Shown: one piece after another, positions 20,500 through 30,719 of the stretch
Position numbering within the stretch: position 1 is the stretch's first letter
Layout: every line of letters starts with the position of its first letter
DNA from: Octopus sinensis
Taxonomy: Eukaryota
Direction of reading: 5' to 3'
Assembly (NCBI RefSeq): GCF_006345805.1
Contig: NC_043012.1
Coordinates: 36,611,001 to 36,644,000, forward strand
DNA: 33,000 nucleotides
Notes under the pieces: model-generated
Database searches by the model: none
The model's input: only the letters and a program-made list of their open reading frames with translations
What the model was told of the DNA's origin: nothing
Position numbers and translations under genes: made by a program

Positions 20500-20790
20500 A
20501 ATAATAACAAAGGGTAAAATTAATTAATTAAGAAGTAATCAATAATTTCACCCAAGTAGAATTCGGTATGAAAACAGGACCGTTTCACGGTAAACTTAGA
20601 AATAGCAGCCAAAAATCTTAGCTATTTCTTCTACTTTAAAAAGGGTCTTCCTGTGTGAATAACCTTCAAGTATTTTGGTTTCTCTGGAAGACCCTTTTTA
20701 AAGTAGAAGAAATAGCTAAGATTTTTAGCTACTAATTCTGAGCTTCGGTCTGTGGAGAAGCAATTCTTTGCTGAACCCTTTTTATTAGTA
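20500..20790. mobile_element. Palindromic element copy 2 (same family as 15598)
   Basis: Perfect 41-bp arms at 20611-20651 and 20686-20726; shares AATAATAA(C)AAAGGGT start, TTAGAAATAGCAGCCAAAAA core and CTGAACCCT end with copy 1. Confidence 0.7.
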
Positions 20791-21224
20791 TAAAAAGATT
20801 TCTATATATTTGATCTAATTTAAAATCACTCGATATACGCACACTTCAATGTATGTAATCTCTTTCAACATCACTGTATCTATCTGCAGTACTTTATCAT
20901 TATTCATGTATGTATGTATATGTGTAGATGTTCTTATGTAGTTGCACGGGGGTGTATATATATATATATATTTATAAGGATGTGTTTATATATGCGTATT
21001 CATATTTGTATGCATGTATATGTTATATACATTATAAATGTATACACGTGTCTTGTATGAATAACACACACACACACCCCTACATACACAAGTCCAAAAT
21101 AAGCTAGAATTATATATTCGCAGCAAACCACTCATGAAAGGAGGGGGGGAGAAGATGCACCTGTCTGCAAACGTGCTCAATTATTTGAAGCAAATTTAGT
21201 TTTAATACGGTTTCCACTATTAAA

Positions 21225-21235
21225 TATATATATAT

Positions 21236-21268
<33 letters not shown>

Positions 21269-21296
21269 GTGTATGTATATATTATATATATATATA
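21225..21296. repeat. (TA)n-rich microsatellite
   Basis: Direct reading of the sequence. Confidence 0.9.
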
Positions 21297-21659
21297 CTCT
21301 ACAATATATATTCCATTGAGTGATGAAACATTTTAGAAAAAAATAAAATATCAAAAATTCACCCATAAAACATCAAGATAAGCAAAAGAAATTACTTTAA
21401 AATAGTAAAAATTATTAATTCGATAAATTAAAAATATTTAATCGCGATGGCAAAAAAAAATTTGTTTGACCTTTGACCCAATATTAATTGGTGGTCCTGA
21501 GTTTTTTTGGTTTTTTTTTAACGAAAAGATAAACTTTTCTTTCTTTACACCTAGTAATTAAAACGATACTTGTAATGATGAGTAAAGTAGAAGGGCAAAA
21601 AAAGACACAAAGTGATTTTTTTAAAAAAAAAAAGCTTTGATCGTTAAAAGTGTCAGAGT

Positions 21660-22060
21660 CAGTTGTGAACATGGCGTCGGGTCTATTTCAAAGAGGGGGG
21701 AAAATGGGACAGCAAGTTATCTATTTATCAAAGGGGAACATTTCTTGTGAGAAATACAGAGACAATGAATGTGTATATATATATATAAGAAATAAAAAAC
21801 CGTTATGTATGTAGTATGTATGCGATACAATTTCATAGACTATCACCACCAACTCTTATAATAACAGTAAGATGAGGCAGTCCTACCGTAACAAGTGGTG
21901 AGACACACATTTTAACAGCCAACATGGAATAGAGAAAGAGAGAGAGAGAGAAAAAGAGTGAAACAGAGAGAGGAAAAGAGAGAGAGAGAGTTGATACGCG
22001 TTGCAAGTGCGCATGCGTACTACATGGTCGTTTTCTCTCATGACTCTCGTCGTAGGAGGA
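21660..22060. promoter_or_regulatory. Candidate promoter core
   Basis: YY1-type AACATGGCG at 21668-21676, NRF1-type TGCGCATGCG at 22008-22017, local CpG cluster, minus-strand donor ACG|GTAGGA at 21887/21886. Confidence 0.35.
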
Positions 22061-22140
22061 ATGGCTTACCATATAAATGCATACGTGTGTGTATATATAT
22101 ATATATAGCGTATATATATATATAGCGTATATATAATGTA

Positions 22141-22617
22141 TTCTTTTATTTGTTTCAGTCATTTGACTGTGGCCATGCTGGAGCACTGCCTTTAGTCGAA
22201 CAAATCGACCCCAGAACTTATCCTTTGTAAGCCCAGTACTTATTCTATCGATATCTGGGCCGAACCGCTACGTTACGGGGACATAAACACACCAGCATCG
22301 GTTGTCAAGCGATGGTGGGGGGGGGACAAACACCGACACAAACATACACACACACACACATACATACACACACATACCAAATGTGTGTGGGCGTGTTTTT
22401 TTTATTTTACTTGTTTCACTCATTGGACAGCTGCCATGCTGGAGCACCGGCCTTGAACGGTGCCGTGTCGAACAAATCAACCCAACATTCAATTTTCTTT
22501 TAAGACCTGTAGCTGACCTTATTCTATTGCACATTTTTGCCGAACCGCTAAGTTACAAGGCTGCAACCAGACCGACATCGGTTATCAAGCGGTGGTGGTT
22601 GCAGAACAAAGACACAT
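22141..22617 (-). mobile_element. Two tandem SINE-A 3' halves
   Basis: TTTCAGTCATTTGACTGTGGCCATGCTGGAGCAC at ~22153 and a variant at ~22413. Confidence 0.85.
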
Positions 22618-23034
22618 CCATATATATATATATATATATATATACACAGTTTACTTATTTAATGGTTTCAGTTGTAGGACTGCGGCTATGCTGGATGTAT
22701 TTTCTTTCAGTTTTGTAGTCGCCTAATGGCTAGAAATTTCTATATAAGTGAGTCAGTAGTATCTGGTTTTCCCTGAGTTTATCCTCGAATGGTTGGCTGC
22801 TCCGGTATTGTCCTTAGCATTTTGCCCACCAGTTTTATTATCCAGTTCGATTAACAACATTACCAGGATCACTGTTTAAGTGGCCGAGTATTCCATATTC
22901 CATAGTCACGTGTACACTTAAATTCTCAGGTGGAATTCACGTGACAGTGTGTAAAAAGACTATCTTTTGACTTACTGCTGCAATCCATTCAGAGCGCTTT
23001 ACAGATTACTTCTACCTAATTTCACTCACATGGC

Positions 23035-23165
23035 ACGGGTCGATCCAAGGCTATATATGAAAAAAAAAAAGAAAAAAAGACCCTTGCCGAAGATGCCATG
23101 CAGCGGAATCGAAACCCAAAATTTTATGATAGCGAAGCGACCAAATTAACCATTTGGCCACACTG
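23035..23165 (-). mobile_element. Diverged SINE-A head
   Basis: CCTTGCCGAAGATGCCATGCAGCGGAATCGAAACCC. Confidence 0.6.
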
Positions 23166-24017
23166 CGCGCGCACGCTCGTATGTGTGAGAGAGATCCGCC
23201 TTGGCTGGGACTTATTCTTAGATAGAATTTCGCTTCCGTCTTCACGGTTTTTACTGTCATTTTATGTTCGGTTGACGAATTAAATGTCCTGTGATATTTT
23301 ACTTGTGATTTACGGCAGATCGAGACCATGGAATTACGTCATTAGTCTTAATTGAAAGAAGATCGATTGAAAAATTTCGATTTTACCCAATTATACAACA
23401 CGGAACTGTTGTTCTTCGACTAAACCATGACATTTTATACACTAAATAATGTGACTTGCTGTCAATAAATAAATACGATAAGGTCTAGTGCACTATAATT
23501 ATCTAAATTAGATAATTATAGTGTAATTTTGGTTGAAAAGAAATCATTATTATCATAAATGTATTTGTACAAAATGAAACAAAATTTTTTTAAATAAAAT
23601 ATTTTCTAATTGTCAAATTATAATTTTCCTTTAAATATTTTCATATATGAACATAATTTTAAATTATTTGTTCTAAGGTGTAATCATTTACAAATTTCAC
23701 GTAGAGTTGGTTTATTATCCCCATCTTGCTGGTGATAATAGGACCAGGATTAGATTTTAATTGAACTGGGAATTTCATATTTTATTAATGGTAAATTATA
23801 TTACAAAAAAAATTCGAAATTGATCGGATCAATAACATTCTTTATTATTTATTCAATAAAATCCTCAAAGCTTCAATCTTCATATACTTTGTTATCGATC
23901 TTTGGATAATTTTTTTTCTATCTCTCCATAATTTAAATGGCTTGGTGTACGATAAGCACCTTTCGGCTTTGCTTTGGACCGTAATTTTCATTAAAAAAAC
24001 ACCTAAATTTACAGTAG

Positions 24018-24117
24018 CGAAGGTAAAGAATACGCACACCCGGTGTTCAGGATTAGGGTTAGGGGTTAGGGTTATGGTTGCACCGAAAACGGGTGGTGTG
24101 TGTATACGTTACCTCCG
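24018..24117. mobile_element. ~100-bp MITE-like hairpin with central TTAGGG-type repeats
   Basis: GGTAAAGAATACGCACACC vs reverse complement GGTAACGTATACACACACC (16/19); core TTAGGGTTAGGGGTTAGGGTTA. Confidence 0.65.
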
Positions 24118-24717
24118 CCTGAATTAGTGATGGAAATGTCGGGGTACAATGTCCCTCTACTTTTTAAAGAGAGTAGCTTAATCAGAGCCTATAGGAACCC
24201 GAGCAAATCAATGCACTAGGCCCCACAGTATTTATTTATTGACAGCAAGTTACATTATTCATAGGATCACAATCGGGCCTCTAGACCCGTAAGGCCTCAG
24301 TGTAACCATGCCTTAAGACGGTATTGGACATACACCCACTTTTCTAACCTCAGCATATCGGATCCTAGCTTACTCCTGGTTCCCTGACAACCCAATATTG
24401 GATGGATTTTAAGAAAGACAGGAATGTGTCACGTATCACTTTTAATAATCCAAGGCCGTGTCGTGCCTCCAGATACAAATTAATTGTTGCGCAATATTTA
24501 CAAAACAACCATTTTCGTGAAGATACGAAATATTTTGAGGGATGAAAAAATTGTTTTAAAATATACTTGTATTAAGCTCAGTGTGTGTGTGTAAGCAATG
24601 CACACACAAAATGTCAGCTGGGCTTATTAACCACCAGCGGAGCCACGAGTGTAAAGGAGAAATTTGTCTAAGAGCATAAGGTTCTTAATGGTTAGTGATG
24701 GTCACGAGTGGACAACC

Positions 24718-24752
<35 letters not shown>

Positions 24753-24761
<9 letters not shown>

Positions 24762-24865
24762 GGATGACCACTATGTGGACAATCCTAATGCTCGAAGTAG
24801 ATCCGCTACTAGCGGATCTACTTCTAGCATTAGGATTGTCCACATAGTGGTCATCCCTCTCATAT
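24753..24865. repeat. Near-perfect palindrome, 56-bp arms, 1-nt spacer
   Basis: ATATGAGAGGGATGACC...GATCCGCTA-C-TAGCGGATC...CCCTCTCATAT, 1 mismatch; abuts (TA)n. Confidence 0.95.
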
Positions 24866-25099
24866 GTATGTAATACAATTTACTGAACCTTCAGTTTTTT
24901 TTATATGCTAGACCAATGGTGTTAAATTGGTGTTATCAAATTAATATCCAATTTTCTCCCTCATTTTAATTATATATATATATAGATAATATGGTTGTCC
25001 ACTCGTGACCATATACACACAATAAATATATGAACTCCAAACGAAAATCCGGAAGAAATACCGCTACATTTTGTCTAAATCGCCGCCTTTATACACAGA

Positions 25100-25620
25100 C
25101 ATCCATTCACACATCTACACACACACACGTCTCATTCAAACACGTGCACCCTCATTATACCCATTCAAGCAATCTTTCTATCTCACACTCTTTCTTTTCA
25201 TCCTCCCTCTCCCTCTCTCTCTCCCTCCCTCCCAAGATGCACTCATTCACACACGATATCCTGCAACCACCTATTCTTCTTCTTTCTGTCTTCCTCGCTC
25301 ACGCATTCATATACACTCATTCTTAATCTCCCCCTCTCTCATTATCTCTCTCTCACATACATTCACACTATCTCTCATTAACACACTCTTCTTTCTCTCC
25401 CTCTCTCTCTCTCTCTCTTATTCTCGATCACTCATTCATTCATGAATACCTTGACACACGCATTACCCCTCCCCCTTTCTCTCTCATCCACATTCACTCA
25501 CATACCGCCACTCACTCACAGACTCCCCCTCTCTCTTTCTCTCACACACATTCGTACTCACTGTCACTCACACTCACATATTCCCCCCTCCTCCCCTCTC
25601 TCTCCCTCCCTCTCTCTTTA
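25100..25620. repeat. Long C/T/A-rich low-complexity tract (almost no G on +)
   Basis: CTCT/CACA/CATT mosaics over ~520 bp. Confidence 0.85.
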
Positions 25621-25880
25621 TGTTGTAAATATTTTCAACAAGCCAGGTGTGATTATAACACCTGTCTGTGATGTTGTTGACTTAGGATGAGAGAAATGTG
25701 ACGAGAGAACAACATTTCTCCGAGACTTTCATTCCACCATATTTTGAAATGTTGGTAGCCTTGACCTACAAGAAACAGCAGTAAAATCCCTTCTAAATCA
25801 CACCTTAATCACTTTTAAAAACAGGAAAGTTAACACCTGTAACACCTGATCATAGAACTGACCCAGGGTTAAACAATACT

Positions 25881-26059
25881 GGTTTCAAATTTTAGCACTG
25901 GGCCAGCAATTTCGGGGGAAGGAGCAAGTCGAATACATTGACCCTTGTACTCAACTGGGACTTATCGAAAGGATGAAAGGCAAAGTCGACCTCGACGGAA
26001 TTTGAACTCAGAGTGTAAAAGACAGACGAAATGCCGCCAAGCATTTCACCGGTTTGCCG
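25881..26059 (-). mobile_element. SINE-B
   Basis: GAAAGGATGAAAGGCAAAGTCGACCTCGACGGAATTTGAACTCAGAG. Confidence 0.85.
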
Positions 26060-26199
26060 TAGTTGTCTGCTAGAAATAGCAGCTAAATCACATCTTACTA
26101 TCTTCCAAAGGCTTACCTACAGTTCGATAGCCTACCTCGACTTTGTTCCCTCATAACACTTTTAAAAAATACATATTTTTAATAAAATTTTGCAGATAT

Positions 26200-27150
26200 A
26201 CGTAGTTAAAATTGCATTGTGTACAACTATATTGAAACCCTGTTTATGAGGAAAAAACTACATCAATTTAGATTGTTCGCGGTATAAATCTGTGTTGGAA
26301 GTCTGCATTTATATTGTAAAACAATGTTAAAACACTTTCTGTATGAAACTGCTTGGAGATATTGCGTTTTGATGTAAAACTACAATAAAAATGACATTTT
26401 AAAATATATTTTAGATTAAAACACTGCATTTATTGATATAAAACCAATTTAAATGGCAAACCTACACAAATGTGCCCTCATCACGACTCCGTTTCCACTT
26501 TTCAGAAAAAAGGGATATATTTTAATGAAATTCTCAACAACTACGCTACAGATGGTGTAGATTCTGATTATATCGGAATTTGGTATGAAAAGGAAATTTC
26601 CATGAGCGGGGTTTCGGAAAATTCATTCGAGTCAGTTTTGTTTCGGCGTAATTTTCAGGAAAATGGGTAAATTTCAATGAAATTTTCAACAAATACCTTT
26701 TAGAGTGCGCAGAGTACGATTATATCGGAATTTAATGTGTAAAACAAAATTTGCGAACTCGTATACATACATAGTAACACATCGGGAAATTTTGTGGGGT
26801 CAGTGAAAATGCTTTGTACATCCTTAGGCCTGAGCTTGCGGCCCTTAAACAAATTTCGTTCTTGCACTTACGTCGCATATATCTACAAAATGAAAGTTGA
26901 AATTTTGAAAGAAATTGTTATGTGTGGGTGTACACCATTCTTTTGCAAATCAAATTCCGATGTAATCGAAATCTATTCACTCTGAAAGGTATTTGTGGGA
27001 AATTTCGTTAAAAATTCCCCATTTTTCTGAAAGTTATGAGGAAACAAAACCTCGGGCTGGACAAACGACATTAAAACACTGTGCTTACGATACAAAATTA
27101 GACTGAAACAATGCATTAATGCTTTAAAACGAGATTAACCGTTTTGTTAC
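26200..27150. mobile_element. Putative non-autonomous DNA element with ~93-bp direct and inverted modules
   Basis: Modules at 26497-26590 and 26650-26745 (direct) and 26941-27035 (inverted), sharing TTTCAG(A/G)AAA...AATGAAATT...GATTATATCGGAATTT. Confidence 0.55.
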
Positions 27151-27164
27151 TATATTTCTTTTTC

Positions 27165-27335
27165 CGCGCCGAGCGAAATGCTTAATGGTATTTCGTCTGT
27201 CTACGTTCCGAGTTCAAATTCCGTCGAGGTCGACCTTGCTTTTCGTCCTTTCGGGGTCGATAAATTAAGTACCAGTTGCGTACTGGTGCCGATCTAATCG
27301 ACTGGCCCCTTTCCCCCAAAATTTCGGGCCTTGTG
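27165..27335 (+). mobile_element. SINE-B
   Basis: GAGTTCAAATTCCGTCGAGGTCGACC...CCTTTCGGGGTCGATAAATTAAGTACCAG. Confidence 0.9.
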
Positions 27336-27344
27336 TTCTTTTTA

Positions 27345-27682
27345 AATTTTATTTGTTTCAGTCATTTGACTGCGGCCACCGCCTTTTTAGGCGAACAAGT
27401 CAACCCCAGGACTTATCCTTTGTAAGCTTAGTAGTTATTCTATCGGTCTCTTTTGCCGAACCACTAAGTTACGGGGACGTAAACACACCGACATCAGTTG
27501 TTAAGCGATGATGGACACACACGTACGACGTGCTTCTTTCAGTTTCCGTCTACCAAATCCATTCACGAGGCTTTGGTCGGCCTGAGGCTATAGCAGAAGA
27601 CATTTGCCCAAGGTGCCACACAGTGGGACCGAACCCTGGACTATGTGGTTGGTGAGCAAGCAGTTTATCACACAGCCACTCC
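27345..27682 (-). mobile_element. SINE-A full length
   Basis: Colinear with 28147-28598. Confidence 0.9.
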
Positions 27683-27684
27683 TT

Positions 27685-28052
27685 GAAAAGTACACTACCT
27701 TTGTTTCAATTAATCTTCAAAATAATTAATAATTTAGTAAACTAACTCGTCGTTATCAATCTGGTGTAAGGTATCTCGCTGGCAGAATGGTTAGTAGGGT
27801 GGACAGAATGCTTAGCTACGTTTCATCCATCTTTACCATCAGAATTAAAATTCTATTGAGGTTGACTTTGCCTTTCATCCTTTTGGGCGTCAATAAAATA
27901 AGTAAATACCAGCTGAGTGTTGAAGGGTTAACTTACCCCCCTTCCCCGAAATTGCTGGCCCTGTGCCAAAATTTGAAATCATTATTAAGCTGACGTTTGG
28001 AACATATACCAATATGAAATTTTGATGCAAGTTTTTAATTTAGATCACTTTA
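27685..28052. mobile_element. P2 MITE remnant with a SINE-B (27772-27979, +) inserted
   Basis: TTTCAATTAATC...TTAGTAAAC before and CATTATTAAGCTG...TAGATCACTTTAAA after the SINE-B. Confidence 0.65.
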
Positions 28053-28359
28053 AACCCTTTGCTACCATATCTCTGTTGAGATACACTGCTTTCACTTCAA
28101 TTCATTTTGAAAATAATGAAGAATTCAGTGAAATAATTTTGCTATTAGGCACAGGAGTGGCTGTGTGGTAAGTAGCTTGCTTATCAACCACATGGTTCCG
28201 GGTTCATTCCCACTGCATGGCACTTTGGGCAAGTGTCTTCTGCTATAGCCTCAGGCCGACCAAAGCCTTGTGAGTGGATTTGGTAGACGGAAACTGGAAG
28301 AAGCCTGTCGTATATATGTATATGTATATATATATGTATATATATATGTATATATATAT

Positions 28360-28392
<33 letters not shown>

Positions 28393-28730
28393 GTTTGTAT
28401 GTCTGTGTTTGTCCCCCCAACATCGCTTGACAACCGACGTTGGTGTGTTCACGTCCCCGTCACTTAGCGGTTCGGCAAAAGAGACCAATAGAATAAGTAC
28501 TAGGCTTACAAAGAATAAGTCCTGGGGTCGATTTGCTCGACTAAAAGGCGGTGCTCCAGCATGGCCGCAGTCAAATGACTGAAACAAGTAAAAGAGAGTA
28601 TTATTAAGCTGGGGTTTGAAACAAATTAACTTGAAATTTTGATGGTAGGTTTTAATTTAAATAGTTTTAAAGCAGAAAGTTTGTATCATAAGAGCAGAGT
28701 TGGTTTCAAGTTAATATCAAAAAAAGTTAA
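28053..28730. mobile_element. P2 piggyBac-like MITE with nested SINE-A
   Basis: AAACCCTTTGCTACC ... ATCAAAAAAAGTTAA termini. Confidence 0.7.
28147..28598 (+). mobile_element. SINE-A full length, young (used as reference copy)
   Basis: tRNA-like A/B boxes (GGCTGTGTGGTAAG; GGTTCATTCCC), internal (TA)n, CpGs intact. Confidence 0.95.
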
Positions 28731-28869
28731 GACTCTTTTTATGATATAAAACTAGATTAAGATACAATATATCTCCGTCTTTAATCTTTTGCTGGCTTTA
28801 GTCATTAGACAGTGGCCACGCTGGAGCACTGCCTGGACAGGTTTTACTCAACTAATCAGTGCCAGTGCT

Positions 28870-29327
28870 TCATCATCATCATCATCATCATCGTTTAGCA
28901 TCTGTTCTCCATGCTGGCATGGGTTGGGCGGTTTGACATGGAGCTGGTTAGCAGGAAGCTGTCCAGACTCGATTTGTCTGTTGTGACATGGCTTCTGTGA
29001 TTCCATGCCCTTCCTAACGCCAGTCACTTAGCAGGTGTGTGCTGGGTGCATTTTATATTCCACAGGCACAGGTGCCTTTTAAGTGACCCCAGCACCAGAC
29101 AGGACAAGCCTGTATGTAGGGAAGACAGCGATTTTACTTAGCTTAACGTTTCTTATCAAGTACAACAAATCGCTACATCCCTCGGTCCCTTGTCATTTCC
29201 TCAGTGAAGCCCAACATGCAAAGACCTTTTCTTCATCCCATGTCTTCAGGATCTACCCCTTCCACAGGTACCCTCCACAATTAGAGCTCAGCACTTCTTT
29301 GTGCTGCTGTCTGCAGTCATACACACC
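28870..29327 (-). mobile_element. RTE LINE 3' end, older subfamily
   Basis: Minus strand, frameshifted: ALIVEGTCGRGRSxKTWDE...LCMLGFTEEMTRDR; (CAT)n tail at 28870. Confidence 0.8.
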
Positions 29328-29568
29328 TCGTCTTTTGCTGAACCACTAAGTTACAGGGACGAAACAATCTAACACTGGTTGTCAAGCGTAAATACATATG
29401 CACACCTACACACAGGCTTCCTTCAGTTTCCACCCACCAAATCCATTCACAAGCCAAGGTTGACCTGGGGCTATTGTTGAAGACATTTGCTGAAGGTGCC
29501 ATGCAGTGGGACTGAACCCAGAGCCATGTGGTTGGGATGCAAACTTCTTACCACACAGCCACGTCTGT
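29328..29568 (-). mobile_element. SINE-A, partial
   Basis: GAACCACTAAGTTACAGGGAC...GGTGCCATGCAGTGGGACTGAACCC...CCACACAGCCAC. Confidence 0.8.
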
Positions 29569-29577
29569 GCCTATATT

Positions 29578-29675
29578 TACAATACAAAACCAGATTTAGA
29601 CTCTATGGTTATAAAACCAGATTAAAACACTGTTTATGGTATAAAACCAGATTTAGACACTGTATTTATGATGTA
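29578..29675. repeat. ~30-bp minisatellite, 3 units
   Basis: AAAACCAGATT(T/A)(A)GACAC/TC...TATG repeated. Confidence 0.85.
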
Positions 29676-29833
29676 AACCTCCTGTGAAACACTAAGTTTC
29701 TCACCTGTATTGATTGCATCATTTCCTCCATCGTTGTATCAATTTAAGGTGTAACATTATTGATTAGCTATTGACTAATTGATTCTTATTTTGTTCACTG
29801 CACTCTGTGCACTCCTGATCATAATGCATGCAG

Positions 29834-29888
29834 AGAATTATTAAAGAATATGGAACTCTATGAGAGTTCAATGGAAGTTGGCTGGCTG
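29834..29888 (+). CDS. Candidate internal coding exon of an unidentified gene (ELLKNMELYESSMEVGWL)
   Basis: Acceptor ...GCATGCAG, donor CTG|GTAAGT, only one frame open, outside recognisable repeats; no homologue recognised. Confidence 0.35.
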
Positions 29889-29914
29889 GTAAGTTCTGTT
29901 ACCTAGGAGAGCTG

Positions 29915-30345
29915 GAGATTTCTGGGAGAAGAGAGGAGAGAAAAGAAAGAAAAGAGAAGCAGATATTTAAGGAGTTTTTTCTTTTTTCTTTGTATTGAGA
30001 ATGAAAAGTTCCTTTTTTTTTAATACAAAAGAAGACACCATGTCGTATGCACAAAGCGTGTAATGTTGCCAGGCAGAGGAAGAGAGAGAGAGAGAGAGAG
30101 AGATTGAATTGTGGTGGTGGCAGTGAGGAGGAGTGTGGAGAGTGGGGGGTAGGAGTGGTTGAATATGGCCTCAAGGAGATGGAATATTGAATAATGAATG
30201 ACTGTTCACTGAAAATGGATGATTTGAGAAATATAATGAAGTCGAGGTGATGGTAGTGGAGTTTAATAGAGAGAGAAAGAGAGAGAGAGAAATACAGGGA
30301 AAGAGAAAGGGAATGAGAAAGAGATTCAGACTAAACAAGAGAGAC
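29915..30345. repeat. Purine-rich (GA)n / G-A low-complexity region
   Basis: Direct reading of the sequence. Confidence 0.75.
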
Positions 30346-30376
30346 ATTAAATGGTGATGATGGTGATGATGATGAT

Positions 30377-30715
30377 GGCATGGTTGTGTGGTAAGTAGCT
30401 CGCTTCCCAATCACATGGTTCCATGTTCAGTCCCACTGTGTGGCACCTTGGGCAAGTATCTTCCACTTTAGTCTCAGGCTGACCAAAGCCTTGGGAGTGG
30501 ATTTGGTAGATGGAAACTGAAAGAAGCCCTGTCATATATATATATTTATATATGTATATGTGTATGTTTGTGTATCTGTGTTTGTAACCCCACCAGAAAA
30601 AGATGGATAGAATAAGTACTAGGCCTACAAAGAATAAGTCCTGAGGTTGATTTGTTCAATGAAAGGCAGTACTCCAGCATGGCCACAGTCAAGTAACTGA
30701 AACAAGTAAAAGAAT
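30377..30715 (+). mobile_element. SINE-A, CpG-decayed
   Basis: Head GGTTGTGTGGTAAGTAGC through tail GAAACAAGTAAAAGAATG. Confidence 0.85.
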
Positions 30716-30719
30716 GTAT

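Noticed and set aside
24050-24075. Chromosome end or telomere
   Set aside because: Only about 3 units, internal and enclosed by inverted arms.
24380-24490. Minus-strand LYLEARHGLGL, resembling the LINE LYLPxxxGGLGL motif
   Set aside because: A single short motif among stops with no other RT features; not enough to call.
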